NCBI GenBank assembly: GCA_951406725.2
Contig: OX597816.1
Location: 141,918,001 to 141,982,000, forward strand
DNA length: 64,000 nt
Direction: 5' to 3'
Source: Octopus vulgaris
Taxonomy: Eukaryota
The translations under genes and the position numbers were made by a program. The notes under the pieces were generated by a model. That model made no database searches. It worked only from the letters and a program-made list of their open reading frames with translations, and had not been told where the DNA came from. How positions within the stretch are numbered: the stretch's first letter is position 1; each line of letters begins with the position of its first letter. Positions 39,481 to 53,737 of the stretch are shown piece after piece.

Positions 39481-40951
39481 AATTGTGGAGAACCTTTAAC
39501 TTTATAATTGAAGAACCAGAAGCCATTACATCTGCAGACTGGAGACTTTTTGATAACATTAACTTTACAAAAATATCATGCTCATATCCTGTATAAACAC
39601 ACACAAAATTACAAAATCACAAAATCTCAAAATTACAGATTTTGCTTACTACTGAGTACATATAGAAAGTTTGATGATATGAATACTTGAGAGACATGAA
39701 AAAATAAACCTTTTCATGTTAAGTAATATATATTCCTATGGTATATGCTTTTGCTGTTTCTACAGCATAAAAAGAAGTGGTTGGTATTTATAGTGCAATA
39801 GAGTTTACTTTGTAGTGTAATAAATGTTTACCAGTAGCAAAACTTAAAAGTAATCTAACACAAATTTGAAGAATTCAAACTATTTATGTCTCAGAAATTG
39901 TATGCTGTTTACATGATTACTTCAAGTGGAATAAGTCAGCTTTGGATATCAACTGATAGCTGATAGTTACCAGGAAAATATGTTCCTGAAACTTATATCA
40001 TATTCTATTTAGCTGATTTTATTGATTATCTTTGGTGACTTTTTAGATCAAGCTGCTGGCTAGAATTGCTCAGCTTTAAAAATATTCAATAGAATCAATG
40101 ATTTTTGGTTTTTGGTATTCACTATTATTCCATATCCTTATTCACTTTTTTTTTGTCCCCTTCCCCGCTTCTTTCCTGCTTCTTTTATCTCCTATCTTCT
40201 TTAATCCTCTATTTGGTTTCTTGACCTTTTCTGCCCCGTCTGATCACCTTCTATTCCTTCTTTATTACTCTCTTCCTTCATCTAATTTAATTGGCCACCC
40301 TCTATCTCCTGTCGGTCTCTTTCACTTCTTATCTTCATCACTATCATCATTGTCGCTACCACCACCACTGGTAGCGTTAGCAATATATTATCATCAACAA
40401 TATCAATATATCATTTTAGCCATTGTCCTTGTAATCCCCGCCATCATCCCTATCATCATCATCATCATTGCCATTATCACTGCCATCATCATCATCATCA
40501 TCATCATTTCCATCATCATTATCACTACCATCTCTACCACTGCCACTGCCGCCACCACCACCTACACTTCCACCACCACCATTACTGCTGCCACTTCATC
40601 TGCCACAATCACCATCTTCTTCTTCTTCCTCTTCCTCCTCCTCCCCTCCTCCTTCACCACTACCATCATCATCATTTTCCTCCAATCGTCACCAGCTTCA
40701 GCTTTATCATCAGTATAACTTCTAACTACCCCCATTTATTTTCTACATAGGCACCAAAGCCCTAAATTTATTGAGAAAGGAATAAAGTAAATGAAATGTA
40801 TCGCTAATTACTGGTACTTATTATATCAACACTGGAAGAATGAAAAACAAAGCCAACTTCAATGTGATTTGGATTTGGATTTAGAACATAAAGCAGTATA
40901 ACTAGATATTTTGAGGCATTTGAGGAGAGTTCTATTGAAATAATAATAATG

Positions 40952-41001
<50 letters not shown>

Positions 41002-41154
41002 CTTTTCTACTATACACACAATGCCTGGAATTTGGGGTAGGGGGACAGTCAATTATATTGATCACAGTACTCGACTGGTACTTAATTTATCAATCCCGAA
41101 AGGATGAAAGGCAAAGGTAACCTCAATGGAATAATAATAATAAGGATAATAATA

Positions 41155-41362
41155 ATCCTTTCTACTATAGGCACAAGTCCTGAAATTTGGGGGAGGGGAC
41201 TAGTCAATTACATCGACCCCAGTGTTCAACTGGTACTTATTTTATTATTTTACCGACCCTGAAAGGCAAAGTCAACTTTGGCAGAATTTGAACTCAGAAT
41301 GTAAAGACGGATGAAATGCCACTAAACATTTTGCCCGGTATGCTGCCAGCTCGCCACCTTAA
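41155..41362 (-). mobile_element. SINE with Meta-like central domain, inserted in (TAA)n
   Basis: Head AAGGTGGCGAGCTGGCAG. The family domain is GACTTTGCCTTTCATCCTTT.GGGGTCGATAAAATAAGTACCAG. Copies at about 8940, 9140, 16610, 40735, 41000, 43105, 43313, 43790, 48880, 58690, 59625, 61320 and 61825. Confidence 0.8.
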
Positions 41363-41387
41363 TAATAAAAATAACGATGATAATAAA

Positions 41388-41450
<63 letters not shown>

Positions 41451-41454
41451 GTAA

Positions 41455-41995
41455 TACCAAGCACTGGCTCTCGTGGCTTTTGATCTTAACTGATTGGAAG
41501 TGTTGTCATGTACATGTTTTCTCTTGCTATAAAAGATGGGCTACAGCAAATATTCTGCTCAGTACCACAGATTTGCTTGTCAGTTGTTTGACCATAACCA
41601 GTTGAGCATGTCCCTTGATGGCAGACAATATGTGCATCTCTGATCATGAGCAGGAGTAGTGGATGAGGATCATAACTATGTGTTGAGAGGGATTCTTTGA
41701 GGTTTGGATAATTCACATCTGATAAGATGAGTATTTCATTCAACATCCCTAAACAACTTTTATTCAGGGACCATTTGAGTGGAATGGACTACTTGACATG
41801 AAGAAAATTCTAACTGGGCCCCACTTACAAAGTCATGCGCTGTTTATCTTGAAATGAGATCATCATGTCATGCACATATGGTTGTGATGCATGTGTCTAG
41901 TGTACAATTATCAGACGGATAGTTATGATGGGTATACTGGGCTTCGTATATTTTACCCCAGTGTCACTTTGATGGCATGCACTGCTCTCTCACTC
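41455..41995 (+). mobile_element. About 540-bp (TAA)n-targeting non-coding retroposon (reverse copy at 58908-59410)
   Basis: Two copies in opposite orientation, both ending CTCTCTCACTC(AAY)n. No ORF. Confidence 0.7.
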
Positions 41996-42004
41996 AACAA
42001 CAAC

Positions 42005-42069
<65 letters not shown>

Positions 42070-42299
42070 TAACAATAATAACCATCTTACCAATGCTAGC
42101 ATGGAAAATGGATGCTAAATAATGATAATGATGTACACACACACAAACACACATACACACACACACACATACACATTGGAAAAAATAGTACACACCCAAG
42201 GTTACACAGCTGTATTTGACTTTTAACAGTGAATGCATGCAATAAAAGAAAGATAATAAAAATGGTGATGACAATGATGGTTATGACAGTGGTGGTGGG

Positions 42300-42334
<35 letters not shown>

Positions 42335-43589
42335 CTGTCTGGAAATAGAGACATCTATAATGTAGGGATTGAAAACGACCAACACCCATTATAATTAGGT
42401 GCCTTGAGAATGATGAAACGAGATAGATTCTGATGTATTTTTCAGAATAATGTACATCTGAAAACAGACAAATTAGTATTTTGAAATATATATTTATAAA
42501 TTTATGAGGTAACTGTACACTCTTAACAACAACAAACAACACTATATTCTTTTTACTTTCCCAACAGGTATCTTCAATTATATTTAATATACAACTAACA
42601 TTTTAAAAAATGGCATTGCAACTATGACATGTCATAAACATATGAACAGACAAACATTAAGTTTATAACATTATGTTGTCTTCTCTTATCTGTTGGTCAT
42701 GTGATATATATATTTTTGTATTTTAGATATGTGAGACATTTGGTCTTGTGACATAATGTATCAGCCATTTGTTACATTTAGTCATGTAATAACACATGTA
42801 TGTCAATTGTCCATTATATCTTTGCTCTATAAAAGATTGATGTGTCATCTGCTTTTTACATTTGGCCATGTAATTCAGTGTGCCACCCCTTCTGTGTGCT
42901 ACCATGGCACCTCTTATATTTGTTCCTCATACTTGCTTTCTAGCTGCCTCTTACACTCTATGTATCTTCAATACCAGTTTCTAAACCTACACAGACACAC
43001 ACACACACACACACCTTCATACACACATACACACACACAACCCCCTTCATACACATATACACACATAGCCATTTCACACAAACACATATCCAATATAATT
43101 TCTTTCTAATTTTGACACAAGACAAGCAATTTTGAGGGAAAGCAGAAAGTTAATTACATCAGCCCCAATTCTACAGACCCTAAAGGATGAAAGCAAAAGT
43201 TGGCCTAGGTTGTATTTGAACTCATAATGTGAAGAGCCAGAAGAAATACCTGAAAGCATTTTGTCCAGTATACTGAGGATTCTGCCAGCCCGCTGCCAAT
43301 ATTCAATATCCAATAAGGTGGTGAGCTAGCAGAAGCATTTACACTTCAGGCAAAAGGCTCAGCAGCATTTCATCTACCTTCATGTTTTGAGTTCCAATTC
43401 CACCAAGGTTGACTTTGCTTTTCATCCTTTTGGAGTTGATTAAATAGGGACCAGTTGAACATTGAGATCAATGTAATCAACTTAGCCTTTCCCCAAAATT
43501 GCTGGCCTTGCACCAAAATTTGAAACAAATATCTAATATCCATTATTATTAACTAGTGTATTGTCAATCAATCAAAGATGACTCATTAG

Positions 43590-43747
43590 CAGAGCCATCT
43601 TAGCAGCCTTATAGGCCCCCGGGCAAATCAATACACTGGGTCCTTATAGTATTTATTCATTGACAACAAGCCACCTACATACTTAGATTAGAATTGGGCC
43701 CCTAAACTCATGAGGCCCTTGTGTGCCCATGCCTTAAGATAGCATTG
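43590..43747. mobile_element. hAT-type MITE (158 bp)
   Basis: Exact 8-bp TSD CTCATTAG (43582-89 and 43748-55). Imperfect TIRs CAGAGCCATCTTA / TAAGATAGCATTG. Confidence 0.85.
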
Positions 43748-45004
43748 CTCATTAGCTTGCTATATGTTTTCTATAATTACTTTAAATTCATTTGTTTTTA
43801 CATTTTGAGTTCTGATGCTGCCGGGGTCGACTTTGCCTTTCATACTTTCAGGATCAATAAATTAAGTATCAGAAGAGCAATGGAGTCATTTCAATTGATT
43901 TGATGCCTCTTCTGAAATTGCTGGCTATGTGCCAAAATTTGAAACTGATAATTGCTTTAGATATTTGATACTCATGGTAGTTGCAAGTAGATATAGACAC
44001 CTTTTCAACTCCCCAATTATTGACCCAACAAAATATCCAAGATCTGAGGGATAGAGGGCTGCACCAATACTGGACTAGTACTTCATTTATTACTCCTGAA
44101 AGGTAAATTTGACCTTGATGGGATTTGAACCCAGAGCGCAAGAGCAGAGACAGCAAGAACAAGTATGACAATGTAGTTTTATCTGGTGCTCTGATGACTT
44201 TACTAATCAACCACCTTATTCAGTATTATAATATATCACAAGCACAAGACTATATTGATGGTGAAATTAAGGTGTATATTTTAGGTCTTAGTCTAATTGT
44301 CTGATTATTGGTAGTTCAAAATCTCACATCAATATCTCTCATGTTAATATGAAGACACATCAACAGTCATCATCATCACCACCAACAACATCACCTCTAT
44401 TTTTCTCCTTCTCCTCCTCCACCTCCTCCTCCACTGCCTCCCCCTCCTCCTCTTCCTCCCCCTCCTCCTCTTCCTCCCCCTCCTCATCATAACTTCTGCC
44501 ACCACCACCACAGCATTCCTGCCACTATTACCACAATCACCACCATCACCATTTTCTCTTCTTTCATCTTGAACATCAACAAACTTAATGTATATACTTC
44601 ATTTCTGCCCTGGCAGACACATATCAACGAAGCTGTATTTACCATCCAAAGTGTCTCCAAAGACTAGTGTTTAACTCCCCAGATCTCTAGTGTTAATCAG
44701 ATGAGAAATAAATACATTTCCAACTCCACAACACATAATATTATTTCTCTCCACTCATTACCAACAATCTAGTCAGACATTATTATTATTGCTATCACTT
44801 GTTCAAGTACACTATCATAATGGTCATTATGTACATAAAAGTTGTATATATGTATGTGTGTGTGTGTGTGTGAGTGTGTGTGCATTATGATTGTGTAAAA
44901 GTACATCTGTATAAGTTTGTGTATACATACATATTTTCATGCATATTGCAGATATGTGTGTGTGTGTGCATGTATACCTGTCTCTTGCTCACTCACTCTC
45001 TGTC

Positions 45005-45075
<71 letters not shown>

Positions 45076-45166
45076 AAATATATATATATATTCATATATA
45101 TAATTATACATATACAAATATAATATACAAATTATACATATACAAATATATTTGTATATGTATAAT

Positions 45167-45217
<51 letters not shown>

Positions 45218-45237
45218 AATTATACATATACAAATAT

Positions 45238-45284
<47 letters not shown>

Positions 45285-45479
45285 CATATACATATATACA
45301 TATACATATACAGACAATAGGTGAGAGCTAGATATGTTCAGTATAGAAAATACATAGTAGTGTTCAAACGATTTGAACTTAAACACCAATGTACATATAT
45401 ATATATATCTGTCCATCTGTCAATGAATATGTATGTGTGTGTATGTGTACAAATATAGTGTCATTGTAAGTTAAACATA

Positions 45480-47123
45480 CAGTTGCGGCCAACATGTTCA
45501 GAACGGCATTGTTTTCGTCAGAAAAGTAGGTATAAGTTTTTATTAAAGTCGTTTTATATTCTATAAAACAGACAATAAATACAATATTCATTGTTATTGT
45601 CTGAGATTTTGGTGTAATTTGAGAGGATAATACAAAAGTTATGAATGATTTAGTGATTTACTGCAAAACTCATGGCGGCCAAAATGATCAGAACGGTTGC
45701 TTTTACTCCGTGTTTTAGTATAATTTAACAGGTGAACTCTAATGTTTTGAATTTGTTTACGTGACGGTTCGTTTACTAAACATTAGTAAGAATATCTGCA
45801 GTGTACTTTGTTAATATAATGCCACTTACTCCGTAACCAATTCGTCAGCAGATCATTAAGCTTCGAAAGAAGGATAATTTAAGTATTGGGTCTATTTGCA
45901 AAGATTGTTAACAAGTCAAAAAGTGTTGTTCACGGTATTCTTAAGGTCTACCATGATTGTGGTTCGTATGAAGCAAGACAGTCTACAGGTAGGCCAAGAA
46001 AAACGACCAAGAGAGAAGATCGTGCTATGGTAAAGTTGGTTAAAAAGGACAGATTTAAAACTGCTGCTGCTGTTTCTCGGGAAATGAGCATTGTACTGAA
46101 GAAAACTATCTCGAAAAACTGTGTCTTGTCGTTTAGTTGAACATGACCTACAAGCAAGAGCACCTGCAGTGAAGCCACTGATCAGCTCCAAGAATAAAAA
46201 GTGTCGTCTTACCTTTGCAACCGAACATGTGTTGTGGTTTCAAGAAAAATGGCAAACGGTGCATTTCAGTGATGAATCTAAGTTTATATTATTTGGCTCA
46301 GATAGGAAAAGGTACGTTCAAAGGTACGTCAAAGGTACGTCAAAAAGGAGGTGAAAAATTGTCACCTAAATGCCTTAAGACTAGTGTCAAATTCGGTGGA
46401 GGAAGTGTCATGGTTTGGGGAATGATATCTGGAGATGGTGTGGGTCCTTTGGTGCGATTACATGGAAAGGTAAATGCAGGAGTTTCTAAACAACTTGTAA
46501 AAAATCATGTCTTGCCTGTGCTGAGAAATTCAACTAAGCGACCACCCATATTCATGCAGGACAATGCCCCATGTCACGAGGCTAAGGTGGTCATGAACTT
46601 CCTCAAAGCTGAAAAGGTTATTGTTATGGATTGGCCTGCTCAAAGCCCAGATCTCAATCCTATTTAAAATGTGTAGAATATTCTAGGAGAACGTTCGCAA
46701 GCCAGAAATCCTAAAACAACTGAGCAATTATGGAATGCCCTTCAGGAAGAATGGAATAAGATCACCCAGCAAGAAATTGAAAATTCAATTTCCTCATACA
46801 GTTGAAGATGTCAAAGTGTGATTAAGGCTAAAGGGCATCACACTAAATATTAAATAATTCCAGTATTCTCTGTCATTTTTGATTATTTTATTATTTTTTC
46901 AACCGTTCTGATCATTTTGGCCACCATGGGTTTTGCAGTAAATCACTAAATCATCCATAACTTTTGTATTATCCTCTCAAATTATACCAAAACGTCAGTC
47001 AATAATAATTAATATCGTATTTATTGTCTGTGAAAGTTATAGAATATAAAACAACTTTAATAAAAACTTATACTTACTTTTCTGACGAAAACAATGCCGT
47101 TCTGAACATGTTGGCCGCAACTG
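45480..47123 (+). mobile_element. Complete Tc1 element (1644 bp), about 220-bp IR/DR-type TIRs, TA TSD
   Basis: TA|CAGTTGCGGCCAACATGTTCAGAACGG ... CCGTTCTGAACATGTTGGCCGCAACTG|TA. Inner repeat GCGGCCAAAATGATCAGAACGG. Confidence 0.96.
45819..46853 (+). pseudogene. Tc1 DD34E transposase pseudogene
   Basis: ATG at 45819; motifs GRPRKTT, FSDESKF, GGGSVMVWG, MQDNAPCH, WPAQSPDLNPI(E to stop) and terminal GHHTKY*. Several stops and frameshifts, plus an 11-nt triplication at about 46308-46343. Confidence 0.93.
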
Positions 47124-47604
47124 TACATACATCTCTAAATGAGAATTTTCAAGATTCATTCTTTCTGTTTTGTTATTTCAAATAGATACTGATCTTTACT
47201 CTATTTAATTTGTAATCAGTTCTCAGTAAACAAATACTTCAATTAGACAAATTTGAAGATGCCTTTTAAAATCATTTATGTCTAGTTATCATATATACAT
47301 ATGTATATATATGTATACACACACACACACACTCACATATATGTATCATCATCATCATCATCATCGTTTAACGTCTGCTTTCCATGCTGGCATGGGTTGG
47401 ATGGTTTGACTGGGGACTGGTGAGCCAGATGGCTGCACCAGGCTCCAATCTGATCTGGCAGAGTTTCTACAGCTGGATGCCCTTCCTAACGCCAACCACT
47501 CCAAGTGGATGCTTTTATGTGCATACATATATATATATATACATACACACACACACAGATGCACACACACATCCATATACATACATATGTATACATATAT
47601 ATAC

Positions 47605-47669
<65 letters not shown>

Positions 47670-47671
<2 letters not shown>

Positions 47672-48085
47672 CTCTTTTACTTTTTTACTCTTTTACTCTT
47701 TTACTTGTTTCAGTCATTTGACTGTGGCCATGCTGGAGCACTACCTTTAGTTGAGCAAGTCGACCCCAGGACTTATTCTTTGTAAGCCTAGTACTTATTC
47801 TATTGGTCTCTTTTGCCCAACTGCTAAGTTACAGGGACATAAACACACCAGCATCGGTTGTCAAGCAATGTTGGGGGGACAAACACAGACACACAAACGT
47901 ATTCACACACACATACATATATATACATATATATATGTTTCTGTCTGACAAATACACTCACAAGCCTTTGGTCAGCCTGAGGCTATAGTTGGAGACACTT
48001 GCCCAAGGTGCCACGCAGTGGGACTGAAACTGGAATGATGTGGTTCGTAAGCAAGCTACTTACCACGCAGCCACTCCTACGCCTG
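47670..48085 (-). mobile_element. Full-length OR-like CORE SINE with a tandemly duplicated head (to about 48125)
   Basis: Matches the 26661 family. TTACCAC.CAGCCA.TCCTACGCCT occurs twice. Confidence 0.88.
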
Positions 48086-48243
48086 TATATATATACATTT
48101 ACCACACAGCCATTCCTACGCCTATATATATATATATACACACACACAGGCACATACACATATCCAGACAACCACATATATACTGAATCTATACAGTGAA
48201 AGAAGAAGTAGAAAGTGACAACTTCTGATTCATACAATCTAAG

Positions 48244-48380
<137 letters not shown>

Positions 48381-50914
48381 TATGTTCTTATTCCATATTT
48401 GTACAAAACTTTCTGTTCTGAAAATTTTATCTATCATTAGAAACTCTGTAAAAGATAAGTAACTTTGATCATTAGTATAAGGCTATCAGTCATATGGGAT
48501 TAGGTACAAAACACCTTGAAATTGATGGAAAGACACATTCCATATTCAACTGATGAAACTTAACTTTTGAAATGAAAGTGCTTAACACAGAATTTATTTC
48601 CTAGGCATACAAGTATAGGAACATGACATGTACAGATACCATAGAGTAAACTGCAATCTGTATTAGGAAGGTGTTTTTCACTAAAAGTACTCAATGATGT
48701 TCATGTAAATTATGAATTGCTTGGGATATGACACAGCTTTAAATCTCTGCAGTAACAGGAATGGAAAATGTTAACTTCTCGTACCTGATTTAAAGGAAAT
48801 ATCTTTTATATATATTTTACCTGTTACTTATTTTAGTCTTTGGACTGCGATTATGTGGGGCACCACCTTGAAGGTTTCATATTTTGGTGCAAGGCCAGCA
48901 ATTTCGTGGGAGGTGGGGATAAGTCAAGTATATCAACTCCAGTATGTGACTGATACTTATTTTATCAACCTTAAAACGATGAAAGGTAAAGTCGACCTTG
49001 GTGGAATTTAAACTCAGAATATAAAGACAGATGAAATGCTTTTCTTATCTTTTGACTCCCCTTTCATATCATTTTTTCCCTTTCTCGTCATTCTAGCTGT
49101 TGTCTGCTTCTCCTCATTTTATTTCTCTTTCCTTCTACCTTTCTCATCCAGTTTCTCTCTCTTCTTACCTGTGAATTGAATCAGCTGCACTAGTGAATGC
49201 GTGAAAACAAAAGAGGAATTTCAGAAGAAGTATCAATAAAACTTGTTTAAAAGCATCAAATAGCCATGGGGGTCAACTAGAATAAAATAGTAATCAAAGG
49301 GGTCCATAGTTAAAAAATGGTTGAGGACCACAGACTAAGAGGATCTAAAACTCTACTACCTCTCTTTAATGTCACCCCTGTCAACTTTTCCATGAAGAAG
49401 GACTCTGTCCATAGCATTGGAGCTTCCACTCCCCACAGCAATTTCACTCTACTCTTTTTGTCTAGTTTCCTAAATAATACAAGTTTTGCCAATGCAGATC
49501 AATACACATCTCTTTTGATTCTGTTTGACAGCACATATGTGTGTGTGTGTGTGTGTGTGTGTATACCTATATGTATATATGTCTATATTTATATATTGTA
49601 TTTATAGTATGTATGCATGCTATTTTGTATATAGATATCTGAATTCACGAACATACGCAGCAAGAAATAGATATGTGTGTCACATTCTGTCAAGAGTTTT
49701 CAATTTTAAATTGATGTTTACAGAGACAGAATGTTTAATATCGTGTATATTAAAATATCTTATCTGTTAATATATGTACAGGCACATTGTGCACACGCAA
49801 AATGCTGAAACTTAACACATATATTTGCAGGTGTGTGTGTGTGTGTGTGTTTATTATACATGTTGGATTGATTGGTGCCTTTAAAATTTTGTCTGTAGCA
49901 GCTTATTCAACCAGCATGTTGAATACTTCTTAATTTAACAAGCCGTACATTAACACTCACTTATGCATGTAAATATGTACATGTACACTTGTTAGTCTGG
50001 ATATATGATGAGTATAGATGGTAACAGTTTCAGGTAAAAGAGCCAAACACTGAAATTAGATGGTGCTTGTGGAAAAGGAAGACCCAGAAAACATGGGACA
50101 AAGTAATGAAAATGAGTTTCAAGATGCTGAACCATACAAAAGAAACAACAAGGCACCATAATAATCAGCAACATGCTGAGATGGAGAAATCTCTCATATT
50201 CTTCGGTAAGCATAGCAAAGGGAATGCTAAATGGATGGTGGATGCATTTGTCCTTTAACCTCTATCACTTTTAAGATACCCTTTTGCCTCTCATTCTGTC
50301 ACTGCTTTCCTTCTCTCTCTCTCTCTCTCTCTTCCACCATTAATCCACTGTTCCCCCCTCTTACCTCTCTTTCTCTCACTGTTCTCTCACCTCAGCTTCT
50401 TTGTTATGTCAACATACTTTCATCACCCAATCTCTTTTTCCTGCACTTTTGATGGTACGTTCACATCCGTTGGACAGCTGATCTCCACAACAGTGCATAT
50501 CTTTTGTTCCCTGTCCCACAGAATAATATCAGGTCTATTATGTTGCACCAAACTGATGTTTTTATTGGACTGTTCCACCAGTATTCCTTGTTTTCAAAGG
50601 AGTGAATTCATGCTGCTTCTGACATGCCTTTGATATTTACAATAGAGCAGTCCTTCCTATGGATAGCATTTTAAATAGTCTTTACAATTATATCATACCT
50701 CAGGGGCAGGCATACCTCATAGACATTTTGGAGTAGCTGTTGATGATGTAGGTGATAGCTTCCACCCTGGTATAGCAGAGCTAACGTTTTCTATCACAAC
50801 ATAGAGGTTTGGTAATATCTTTGTCTCTCTTGTTTATCTGGTATAATAATAATAATAATAATAATTGTGTACAGTGCTCAGGTGCACTACAACTCATCTA
50901 AAGTGTATATATAA

Positions 50915-53737
50915 TCAGGTGTAGTTTCGACGGATTTCGGGAAGCATGAGGGCCTTAAAGGATGCAGTGTCATGGCAGTCAACAACTGATGCAGGCAGTT
51001 TATTCCACGCTTCAGCAACCCTGAGCGTGAAAAAATGTTTCCGAAAGTCATGGGAGCTGTGCTGTTTTCTGACTTTGTAGGTATGTCCACGTGTGTTAGA
51101 CACATGGAGATCAAAAAGGTGTTCAGTGTTGTTGTTGGTGAGGTGGTTGATAACCTTGTGGGTGTTTACCAAGTCCGTCGTCAGACGCCGGAGCTTCAGT
51201 GAATCCATGCCCAGGGAAACAAGGCGCTCAGAATATGGTAGGTGTCTGATGGAGGGTATGCGTTGGGTTGCACGTCTCTGGACAGATTCCAGGAGGTCAA
51301 TGTTCTGAGCAAGATAGGGATTCCAAACTGATGATGTGAATTCCAAGTGTGGTCATACCATAGCTGTATACAGTTTTAAATAGATGGCTGGAGAGCGGCT
51401 AACAAAAGTCTTGCTGAGTGATGCCAAGACACCCTCGGCCTTCTTGACAATTTTAGAGATATGCTTTGTCCAACGCAAATCACTGCTGACAGTGATGCCT
51501 AGGTCACGCTCGCAAGAGGATTTCTTGATATCAGTGTTGTGGAGGGAGTATGTGGACGCAGGGTTTTTTCTCCCAAAATGCATGGTGGTACACTTGTCCA
51601 CAGCCAGTTTCAGTTGCCAGTCTGTGATCCATTGCTGCATTGTGTCTAGGTCTGATTGCAGGAAAGAGTTGTAGACATCAGGATCAGTCCTCTTGATTTC
51701 AAGGTACAGCTTGATGTCGTCTGCATATTTCAATACTGTGGCATTCTTTAAATTGGCATCTATGTCATTAATGTATGCCACAAACAGGAGGGGACCAAGG
51801 ACAGATCCCTGTGGTACACCCGATGACATCTCATATGGTGTAGAGTGCTGTCCTAGAACTGTGACTACCTCCTTTCGGCTGAGGATGAAGGATTTCAACC
51901 AGTTAAAAAGGTCATCCCCCACACCCATTGCAGAGAGTTTCACCATAAGCCTTTTGTGTGGCACAGAGTTGAAAGCCTTAGCAAAGTCAAGGTAGACAAC
52001 ATCCACCCATGAGCCACTGTCAGTGATCTGATTAATGTCCTCAAGGAACTCGACAAGCTGGTCACTGCAGCTGGAGTTAGGGACAAATCCATATTGAGGG
52101 TCGGATGAGACTGTGAGAGCTCCAGAAGTTCCAGAGTGTTTCTCTGACACACGATTCCATCAGTTTTGCAATACAGCTAGTGAGACTGACTGGGCGATAG
52201 TTGACAGGTGATGTGTGGTCACCCTTTTTGAACAGAGGAATGACACTGGCAGTTTTCCACTGCTCCGGAGTAGCACCATTGTTGAGACAGTACTGGAAGA
52301 AAATAGAAAGCTGGTGTAAAAAGAAGTGCCTGCCACGTTTGAGAAGCAGGTATGTAACTCCATCGAGACCAGGGGAGGCATAGTTGCGCTTATTTTGAAG
52401 GTGACGTTGCAGCATTGCAGGTGTAAATTCCATAGTTGTTATGGAGTTTGCTGTTAGTGATGGTGAAGATGGTACATTTTGACTTTCAACAGTGAATATG
52501 TTTGCATAGCACTCAGCAATGAGTTCTGCGCATTCCTTGGGGTCGTCAGTGATCTGGTTCGTGTGAGGGTTGCGAAGAGGGCCCACTGGAGAGTGAGGTC
52601 TCTGCTTTGAATGCACATATTTCCAGAAAACCTTGCTGTCAGGATTGGCTGCTATGCACTGTTCAAATTCAAGCACTGCATTTTTTGTCACTTGCTTGAG
52701 ATGGTTGGAGGATTTATTCCGCTTCTTCCTGTTGGTGTCTGATTTATGCAACTTGTATTCCTGTTCAGCAGTCCGACGTTCCTTCCTGGCAAGTCGGACC
52801 GCTGAAGTTTCCCAAATTGCCCTTTTGGGGCGGTTCTTCTTTTTTTGTTTACGTGGCACTGATGCTGCACATGCTGCCCATATTGAGTCCAGGATACTCT
52901 GGAGTATAGTATTCACATCTCCAGAGTTGTAGAATTCACGCCAGTTTGGGTGCTGTAGTTCAGTGTGGTACAGGTTCCAATCTGCTCTCTTCCAATCGAA
53001 GGAAGCAGATTGGAGATGGTTCAGGTGTTTGTTGCCCGCAAGAGCCAGATTGGCGATGATCATAGCATGATCAGAGTCACCTAGAGGTTCCTCCGTAGTG
53101 CAATTGATAACCGCTTCAGGAGTTGTGGTGAAGAGCAGGTCCAAGGTGTTGTCGCCTCTTGTTGGAGAGGTGACTACTTGTGACCAGTTTGAGTCCAGCA
53201 CAAGCTCAACAAAATCGTTTGCACTCTGTGGCCAACGGAAGGTTTCCCAATCGATCTCAGGATGATTGAAATCGCCTGCAATAAACACATAAGTGGCTGT
53301 TTTCCTGGCTGCAGCTCGGAGGATGTTGCAAAGCTGTGTGTCCTGATGGTAATTTGGGGGACGATAAACAACGCCAAGCAGGAGTGTTGACATGGTCATA
53401 CGTACGTCACAGAAAAAAACTTCTTCTTGTGATTCGTTCAAATCGGCACAAGGAATTACCAAAAAATTTGAACGAACGTAGACCATCACACCACCACCAC
53501 GGCGGTTAGTGCGGTCCTTACGGAAGAGGTTGTACCCCGTGATGTTGAAAACCCCATCACAGAGTAAGGAATGCGCCCATGTTTCCGTGACAGTGATGAA
53601 GTCAGGGTCAACACTTCTGACGTAGGCGTTGAACAAATGTATTTTGTTGCATAAACTGCGAGCATTTAAGGACAACAATTTGTACCCTGCTCGCAGTTTA
53701 TGATGGTGTGTGGAGGATGGCAGATTGTCCTGGCTTA
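50915..53737 (-). pseudogene. CR1 ORF2 (AP endonuclease and reverse transcriptase), one frameshift (about 52095) and one CGA>TGA stop (about 51353)
   Basis: LNARSL, TETW, GDFN, TLDL, SDH; NYRPVSLTS, YLDFAKAFNSV, SGVPQGSVLGP, YADD; C-terminal TRGH...WNKLP. Confidence 0.95.

Noticed and set aside
40098-40718. 206-aa hydrophobic ORF
   Set aside because: It derives from pyrimidine-rich DNA and degenerate (CAT/CAC)n repeats.
49255-49335. hAT-Charlie-like terminus
   Set aside because: Only one decayed end is visible, with no partner TIR or TSD.
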